DNA from: an uncultured virus (IMG/VR IMGVR_UViG_3300021364_000014)
Lineage: Duplodnaviria; Heunggongvirae; Uroviricota; Caudoviricetes
IMG/VR virus record: IMGVR_UViG_3300021364_000014
DNA length: 64,000 nt
Strand: one strand, 5' to 3'
The translations under genes and the position numbers were made by a program. The notes under the pieces were generated by a model. The model did not search any database and had not been told where the DNA came from. It saw only the letters and a list, made by a program, of their open reading frames with translations. Of the stretch, positions 57,233 through 64,000 are shown piece by piece (positions within the stretch are counted from its first letter, which is position 1; the number at the start of each line of letters is the position of its first letter).

Positions 57233-60200
57233 TTACTTCTTAGTGATGGTGGATGATACAGTAATATTTACTGTATTTGTTGGTGCAACGTTTTGACCCA
57301 GTAGGAAATTAATTCTAACTTCATTTTGTGGAGTAAGTTCGAAGGTTGGAATGATGAGTTGTACACCAGTTCTCAAGTTTCCATACTCAGTGTGATATAC
57401 ATCAGTTGTGTTATTTGTAACACCAAACTCAATGAACTCACTATCACCTGTTGTTGGATTGGTTGCAATAACAACTGTCTTACATCCTGCATTTGTTGCA
57501 GTAGCATATAGAACAGAGTTACCATTATTAGAAGTTCCTTTTACCAGGGAAATTTTTTCTGTTAGAATCTTGACATCAGCAAGTTCGAACTCTTTCAGAT
57601 CTCCGTCAAATACCTTGACACCAGTGAATGTACCCGTTCCAAATGTTGTGTTGAAATACACATCACCTTGGTTGTCGAGTCTGAGAACAGGATCAACAGT
57701 TAGACCACCAGACAATCCGAGATCAAAGTATTGCTTAGATGTATGTAAGAAGGTAGTGTCTACTGCAGTGTTGTCTAGTGTGGTTTCTGCATTATTGAAT
57801 GTCATCAAATTTGCAGTAATTTCAAACTGGTTGCTTGTCTGAGATCTAATAGTATCTACAGAGAAGAAGTCCATAGCAGTTGTGGTCAACTGTACGGTAT
57901 TGTTTCCATCATTGTAGAAGTACAGGATGTTCTCGTTTGCACCAGGAGATGTTTCTGGGATGATATATGTGTTTTGATCAACGTCTTTGACACCACCAAG
58001 AGATCCCCAGTTAGTTCCATCATAACCTTCATATAGTTGGTCACTGGTGTTGAATCTGATAGAACCAATCTCAGCAGCACCTCTATCTGCTGTCGTGCCA
58101 CTAGGAATGACCAATGTTGTATTCGTATCAATCTTGACTTTCTTGCCAGGGTTTGGTCTGATTAGAAGATCATTGACATCAGTAGAGATTACATTGTTTA
58201 GGAATCTCAATTCTCCACTAACAACTAGTGGAAGACCACCAAGTTTACCAATTCTGAGTTCTTCAATATCTTCAAACTCTAGTGGTGCAACTGCAAGACC
58301 CCAGAAAGTAAGAACTGCAGAACCATTTGGTTGTGCTCCAATGGTATGAGTTGGTTCGTTACCAGTGGTAGCAGTTGTACCTGCGGTAGTTACTTCATAT
58401 AGATTGTTTCTATACTTGAGATATTGACCTAGTGTTACTGGAGTATTGGCATTATAAAGAGTGTAATCAGGTGCTAGAACATTGTTAGAACGAATCTTTT
58501 TCATGTTCTGGAACTCCAGGTGCTGTGGAGTTACCTTAATGGTGTTGACATTATCATTGATAAACCATAGAGTGTTATCATTAGCACCAATCGTCTCTTC
58601 TGCTAGAATGTAGGTGTTACCGTCTAGGTCTCTAACACCACCAAGAGAAGACCATGTAGTGGTTGATACACTATATCCTTCATACTGACTGGTTTCTGTG
58701 TTGAAACGGATGCAACCATCTCTTACAATGCCAGGTCCAGGTCTTTCAGAAGTGTTGCCAGCAGGGACTGCAAGTGCAGTAACCGTGTTTGTATGTACAA
58801 TTCTACCCAAATCAGGAACAAGACTGATGTCTTGAGTATTCTGAGATGTGATAGATGTTGTAGCAGCGTCAATGACTAAGTTTGCACCAACACGAATTTC
58901 TGGAGACTCAAGATATCCAGCAGTGGTCAAGTTACCACTTGCACCAGTGATAGCAAATTGACTACCAAAGTTGAATGCTAGAGCGGTAAAATTAATACTT
59001 TCTAGTGTTGGTTCTGGAACTGTCAGTTCTAAGTTTCCACTGGCAGGTTGCAGTAGTGGAGTTGTTACGCTAGTAGTAGCAACAACTGTTGAAGATGCGA
59101 GTGCATTGATTGTAGCTTCTGGTGATGAAATATCTTGAGTCGTTAGAAGATTACAAGTAAATTCACCTGTTAGAACTTCGCCTTTGACAATTTGTTCTGT
59201 GGTTACATCAGTAACTAAAATCTGAAGACCAGTACCAAATGTCTTTGGATTGACTGGATCAATAGTTAGAGTTGCCTCGTCATTATCATCTCCTCCTTCA
59301 TTTACGTGAGCAGGGTCTTCTGTAGCACAGTAGTAATAGAGAGTTGGAGTGTTCTCAGTAACTTTGATTGTTAGATCTGCATCTGTTCTACTAACACCAG
59401 TAGTGTACTCAGCACCCTGAACAGTTACTACAATATCACCTTCTGTTGTTGGTGTATTATTAAGTCTTAGTGTAGTTCCGTTTACAACTTCTTCAATTAT
59501 AGTTGCGTCTGCTAGAATACCATCACCAGACTCTTTTACAACTTCCATTCCAGCAAGCATACCAGTTGTGCTTGCAACAATGATATTTTTAGATGTTGTG
59601 GAAACTGTTGTGCTTACACCTTCAAATCTACTTGGACCCCATTGTCCATCTCTGAACTGAGACAGAGCAAAGATGTGAGATCCTAGTGATGCATCTTGCA
59701 AATCAAACTTGTAAGAGTTGCCAGCATACATTGTCCACGATGGTGTCATTTGAGCACCGTTGCCATCGTTTAGATCAATGTAGAATCTATACTCTAGTGA
59801 TGCTGTGTTGATATCATAACCAACAGCAGGAGCATTCTCATTTACAAGGACATCTCCATCAGCAAAACCAAAGGTATCGGTAACAATAGTGGTAATATTG
59901 CCACCAGATGTATTGACTTTTCTAACAGTAACAGGATCTCCTGCGTCATTAACAGCGTCAACTGTTAGAACAAGGTTGTCTGCAGGAGTGGAACCACCAA
60001 CAGCAGCACCAGCAAGAGTGATTGTATCGTTTGTTGCGTAGAAAGATCCCTCAGATCCTGTTGTAATAACAGCAGAAAGGACAGCACCTGTGTTGTCTCT
60101 TTGTACATCAAATGTAGCGCCAGTACCATTTCCAGATGTATTGATCTGTGGAACTGCTGTGTATACACCATCTGCTGCTCCAGGAACTGTTGTAGAAACG

Positions 60201-62725
60201 GTTACTGTAGATGCAAGGATAGATCCACCAGCATCTCTTACCTGATCCCCTACAGAGAATGTTGCGGCGGGAATTACATTGCTTACAAAATCGATGATAT
60301 CAACTTCAGCGTTTGTGACTGTGTAAACTTCTGGTTGTACGAGGTCAAATGCATTGACAGTTAATGTATCACCTTGAGAATATCCATTACCACCATCAAT
60401 AACGGTTACTTCGCTGATTACGCCAAGTGTACCAACGGTGTACTGGAATCCTGTACCACCACCATATTCTGGTTCGAAGTTTACAACCATTGCACCAGCG
60501 GTAATTGGTGCAATAGACAAAGTAACTTCTGTTGCGCTTACAATATTGGTAACAGTTGTTCCATCAATAATTCCACCTGCACCACTTACATACACAACTT
60601 CCATTCCAGTTGTGATACCAGAAGTATCTGGTACAGTGATGTTTGTTATATTTTGGTTTGTAACTCTCAGGTCTGCATTACCAGGAACAGTTGGTGCTTC
60701 AGAGATTGTAAACTGAGTTGCGCTATCAACACTAACAACAACAGCTCCACCAGGAATTTGACCAGGATTATTAATGTTTTGAATTAGATCAACTGCGTCA
60801 CCAACTTCAATACCAGCAGTAGAAGCAACAGTAATCTGTGGACTTCCTGCTTCAATCGTAGAAACAGAGATAGCAAGGTCGTTACCACCAGATCCTGGTA
60901 CAGCACCAGAAGCGCCTCCAAGCGATCCTCCAGGGATATAGAGCGTGTCTCCTGGTAAGTATCCAGAACCAGCGTTGACGATGGTTACAGAGTCATAGAA
61001 AGTGTTTCCACCACCACTACTGACAACAACATCTACAACCAGTCCAGAACCATTACTGTTTAGAGTAGAAACTAAAATATTTGAATATGTTGTGTCAGGA
61101 CCAGCAGCGTTACCAGTAAATTGAATTTCAGTAACACCAGCATTAGATGTAAATGTTACACCTAAGAATTCAATTTCACCCCTAGCATATGTGCTGACAT
61201 TGTTGACCGCAGTTGCTAGTGTAAGAACATCTCCAGTCTGATATCCAAGACCAAAGTCTGCAATGCCATCTAACTCATCAATAGATCCGAAGTTTCCACC
61301 AAGAGTGTATGCAAAACCAGAACCCTCTACTCCTGCTTGTAGACTGTTAGCATCATAAAGATCTAAAGGATCAACAGATAGGACATCACCTAATTGATAC
61401 AGACCATCTCCACCATTTGTAATAGTGACGGTTGAGATAACACCACCGAGATCATCAACAGTCATAGAGAATCCAGACTGTGATGGACTTGGATCAACTA
61501 GAGTTAGTTGACCACCCATATTTGGGTGAACACTACAATTGTAGAATAATGTGTTATTATTAGGTGTTGCTGGTACTGTGAAAGTAACAATCTTAGTTGT
61601 AGCGCCAAAGTAACCAGCAAGGAAGTTTGCTCCAGTTACAGTAACGCCATCTAGTTCATAAACAACACCATCAGCAGCATCGATTATAGCATTAGTATCA
61701 TCTACTGCAGTAGAGATGTAAAATGGGTGTTGATTTGATGTAGTATCACTTACATCAAACACATAAGTTTTTCCTTTTAGGAGGTTGAAATCTCCACCTA
61801 AGAAACCATCAATAAAATACTGGTTACCAAGGGAAGATTTGACTTCAAATGTTTGTGTACCAGTTGTGGTGATTGCTGCAGTTAGTACATCGCCTACTGT
61901 ATACTGAGAAGTAACAGATACAAACTCACTGCTGTCAACTCCACCAAACTGCTGCACACCGCCATTTACAACACGGAGATTACATTTCATTCCAGAACCA
62001 TTACCACCAGTCATGGTAATGCTCTTGAACAAACCATCTGGATAGTTGGAACCAGATGTGACAGTAGCACCAAACAGACTGACCTCAACCTGTGCTTCCA
62101 TGCCACTGCCGCTACCACCAGTCAGGGAAACATTGTTATATGTTCCAGGATAGTAGTTGATACCAGCGTTGGTGACAACACCAGAGATTTGTGGTACTGT
62201 GAAATCAATCAGAGCGCCACTACCACTACCACCAATCAGTGGAATGTTTAGATAAGAACCAGGAGTATATCCAGTACCAGTATTAGAAATAGCACCTTGG
62301 AAACCATCGACGGTGAGACCTAGTAGTGCAGAGTCACCAGTACCGCCAATGGCAGGAATGTCTGTATAGTCACCACCATCATAGTTTTGACCAGCATTTT
62401 GAATTGATAAGAACAAACTGTCGAGACTGTTCTTCTCAATAATAAAGTCTTTGTAATACTTAGTGGAACTGGCGGATAGATCAGCAAGTTTCTTGCTTTG
62501 ACTTGCAAAACCAAGAACACCGTTACTTGATCTGTATACACCCAGTGTGGTATCATTAACAAACGCTAGTGATGGTGTCGTTACAGAACCATCACCAAGT
62601 TTCAAATTACCAGTAGATAGGTCAGACCCACCACTACTGATTTGGAATAACTGAGAACCGAGTTCATTGATTTTTACCCTTTGTTGTTCAAAGGTATCGG
62701 TTCTTGCGACGTTAACTGCTGGCAT
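57233..62725 (-). CDS. Large virion structural protein (baseplate/fibre associated, 1830 aa)
   Basis: RTDTFEQQRVKIN start; GxGY repeats; two IRFNT..YEGY..W.SLGGV.D.D repeats. Confidence 0.8.
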   Translation of the reverse strand: MPAVNVARTDTFEQQRVKINELGSQLFQISSGGSDLSTGNLKLGDGSVTTPSLAFVNDTTLGVYRSSNGVLGFASQSKKLADLSASSTKYYKDFIIEKNSLDSLFLSIQNAGQNYDGGDYTDIPAIGGTGDSALLGLTVDGFQGAISNTGTGYTPGSYLNIPLIGGSGSGALIDFTVPQISGVVTNAGINYYPGTYNNVSLTGGSGSGMEAQVEVSLFGATVTSGSNYPDGLFKSITMTGGNGSGMKCNLRVVNGGVQQFGGVDSSEFVSVTSQYTVGDVLTAAITTTGTQTFEVKSSLGNQYFIDGFLGGDFNLLKGKTYVFDVSDTTSNQHPFYISTAVDDTNAIIDAADGVVYELDGVTVTGANFLAGYFGATTKIVTFTVPATPNNNTLFYNCSVHPNMGGQLTLVDPSPSQSGFSMTVDDLGGVISTVTITNGGDGLYQLGDVLSVDPLDLYDANSLQAGVEGSGFAYTLGGNFGSIDELDGIADFGLGYQTGDVLTLATAVNNVSTYARGEIEFLGVTFTSNAGVTEIQFTGNAAGPDTTYSNILVSTLNSNGSGLVVDVVVSSGGGNTFYDSVTIVNAGSGYLPGDTLYIPGGSLGGASGAVPGSGGNDLAISVSTIEAGSPQITVASTAGIEVGDAVDLIQNINNPGQIPGGAVVVSVDSATQFTISEAPTVPGNADLRVTNQNITNITVPDTSGITTGMEVVYVSGAGGIIDGTTVTNIVSATEVTLSIAPITAGAMVVNFEPEYGGGTGFQYTVGTLGVISEVTVIDGGNGYSQGDTLTVNAFDLVQPEVYTVTNAEVDIIDFVSNVIPAATFSVGDQVRDAGGSILASTVTVSTTVPGAADGVYTAVPQINTSGNGTGATFDVQRDNTGAVLSAVITTGSEGSFYATNDTITLAGAAVGGSTPADNLVLTVDAVNDAGDPVTVRKVNTSGGNITTIVTDTFGFADGDVLVNENAPAVGYDINTASLEYRFYIDLNDGNGAQMTPSWTMYAGNSYKFDLQDASLGSHIFALSQFRDGQWGPSRFEGVSTTVSTTSKNIIVASTTGMLAGMEVVKESGDGILADATIIEEVVNGTTLRLNNTPTTEGDIVVTVQGAEYTTGVSRTDADLTIKVTENTPTLYYYCATEDPAHVNEGGDDNDEATLTIDPVNPKTFGTGLQILVTDVTTEQIVKGEVLTGEFTCNLLTTQDISSPEATINALASSTVVATTSVTTPLLQPASGNLELTVPEPTLESINFTALAFNFGSQFAITGASGNLTTAGYLESPEIRVGANLVIDAATTSITSQNTQDISLVPDLGRIVHTNTVTALAVPAGNTSERPGPGIVRDGCIRFNTETSQYEGYSVSTTTWSSLGGVRDLDGNTYILAEETIGANDNTLWFINDNVNTIKVTPQHLEFQNMKKIRSNNVLAPDYTLYNANTPVTLGQYLKYRNNLYEVTTAGTTATTGNEPTHTIGAQPNGSAVLTFWGLAVAPLEFEDIEELRIGKLGGLPLVVSGELRFLNNVISTDVNDLLIRPNPGKKVKIDTNTTLVIPSGTTADRGAAEIGSIRFNTSDQLYEGYDGTNWGSLGGVKDVDQNTYIIPETSPGANENILYFYNDGNNTVQLTTTAMDFFSVDTIRSQTSNQFEITANLMTFNNAETTLDNTAVDTTFLHTSKQYFDLGLSGGLTVDPVLRLDNQGDVYFNTTFGTGTFTGVKVFDGDLKEFELADVKILTEKISLVKGTSNNGNSVLYATATNAGCKTVVIATNPTTGDSEFIEFGVTNNTTDVYHTEYGNLRTGVQLIIPTFELTPQNEVRINFLLGQNVAPTNTVNITVSSTITKK

Positions 62726-62918
62726 TTTTGATTAACTCTCTCAGTAGTGATTTTATTTCAGAGATTTCATTCTTCAACATATTTATGTCTTCTAACGCGG
62801 AACCGAGATGTTTCGATTTACGTCTTGCATCAATAGCAGAATCGTCGAGATTGATGATGGCACCAGTGTTTTGGTCTCTTACGAGACCATCATGACCACT
62901 TACCTTTATGTAATCCAT
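62712..62918 (-). CDS. Conserved small protein
   Basis: KVSGHDGLVRDQNTGAIIN followed by a coiled coil. Confidence 0.75.
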   Translation of the reverse strand: MDYIKVSGHDGLVRDQNTGAIINLDDSAIDARRKSKHLGSALEDINMLKNEISEIKSLLRELIKNASS

Positions 62919-62927
62919 GCGCGGAGA

Positions 62928-64000
62928 TTAGAAAGAAGCTACGGCTCTAATGTCTTGAATCTTGGGTACAAACGCGGGATCTACAGATGCCATCACAATT
63001 TTGACTGCAAAAGAGGAGAATTCTGGTAGATCTGCTACACTGTACTTAAGATCCTGATACGATGATTGCTTTTCAACTACACCAGAAATGGTGTTTTCAC
63101 TGGTAGCAATTTCTGCTGTATCTGGCATTCCAGTTTCATTAAAGAATACCCAATCAATATCTTCAAAGTTTTCTTGACTGGATGCTTTCTTGAATCTATA
63201 CAGAACTTTGACATCAGCAATGTCTTTGACGTTTGCCAGTAGGTGTACGTCAATAGAAGTTGCAGGACTATTAATTGCAATTTCCTTGGTAACATATTTT
63301 GCTGCAGCAGATCCATTCTTAGATGTATTCTCTGCAACAAACTCAATACCGTTGGTGTATGTAATAGTTCCTACTTCTAGATATGCTCTTTCGTTAGTCT
63401 CATCTGCATCAGGATGCATAATGAAATCTCCAACACGGAAGATATCTGTTTGCTGATCAGTTACACCATTAGAATCAAATACTGCTCTAGTAAATTGATC
63501 ATCATCAATGATTCTAGAAGTGTAATCATCACCGATAGGTTGTGTATCAACTCTTACGGTTAGTTCTTGTGTTTTGCTATTCCAGACAACAGACTTGCCA
63601 GTAATGATGTTGTAATATGCTTCTGTTCCTTCGGAAACACTATTATAAACAGCAACTGGATTGCGTGCTGTAATAGTAGCAGCATCAGCAATATCAAAGA
63701 ATAGTTGTGTTGGATTGGAATCAACAACCACCGCAGTTAATCCAGTGTCGTCACTGAGAGTTACACCCTCACCTTTCTGGAAGAATTGAGATGTCTTCAA
63801 TCTTACATAAAGAACGTTTCCGTCTACACGGGCGATGATACCAGATGCCTTGGTTGTGTTACCAACGATAGACTGGTTGACACTGATGTCTGCTCCACCT
63901 TGACCAGATACTTCAAACTGATATACTGGGAAGAACTTGATAATTTGATCTCTTCTACCATAACGATTTTCTTGTCCCTTAGCATTCTCAACTCTGTTTG
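62928..64000 (-). CDS. VrlC-like (DUF4815-type) large virion protein, C-terminal fragment
   Basis: Frame is open to the window edge; C-terminus FSSFAVKIVM...PKIQDIRAVA. Confidence 0.75.
   Translation of the reverse strand, partial: NRVENAKGQENRYGRRDQIIKFFPVYQFEVSGQGGADISVNQSIVGNTTKASGIIARVDGNVLYVRLKTSQFFQKGEGVTLSDDTGLTAVVVDSNPTQLFFDIADAATITARNPVAVYNSVSEGTEAYYNIITGKSVVWNSKTQELTVRVDTQPIGDDYTSRIIDDDQFTRAVFDSNGVTDQQTDIFRVGDFIMHPDADETNERAYLEVGTITYTNGIEFVAENTSKNGSAAAKYVTKEIAINSPATSIDVHLLANVKDIADVKVLYRFKKASSQENFEDIDWVFFNETGMPDTAEIATSENTISGVVEKQSSYQDLKYSVADLPEFSSFAVKIVMASVDPAFVPKIQDIRAVASF

Noticed and set aside
1..64000. tRNAs, introns, inteins, homing endonucleases, integrases
   Set aside because: Intergenic gaps are short and show no cloverleaf by eye, and core genes are uninterrupted; a tRNAscan/Infernal run would confirm

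Overview
A 64 kb segment of a T4-like marine cyanophage (cyanomyovirus, most likely infecting Synechococcus or Prochlorococcus), with essentially all genes on the minus strand. In transcription order (high to low coordinates) it has: large virion and fibre proteins (partial VrlC-like protein, a 1830-aa protein, a 3305-aa fibre); an accessory island of fibre-tip proteins, a U32-family/SAM-methyltransferase fusion and six tandem 2OG-Fe(II) oxygenases; neck/tail genes g13-g16; a metabolic cassette (ptox, gnd, an ndhP-like gene missed by the ORF track, zwf); g17-g23, g3, uvsY, uvsW, g55, g47 and g46; a peptidase/VWA plus CobS-like AAA pair; g45, speD, g44, dam, g62, regA, hsp20; and the start of g43. 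The best candidate for an undescribed system is the ~8.4 kb translationally coupled operon at 37251-45643, which looks like a hydroxylation/methylation tailoring pathway joined to fibre-tip genes. Also notable are nested domain insertions in the giant fibre, a ROSE-like leader on hsp20, and an antisense sigma70 promoter inside an inverted repeat upstream of g55. No tRNA, CRISPR, intron or mobile element was recognised. Family calls come from motif recognition only; no searches were run. Several starts were moved from the ORF track to more plausible ATGs.
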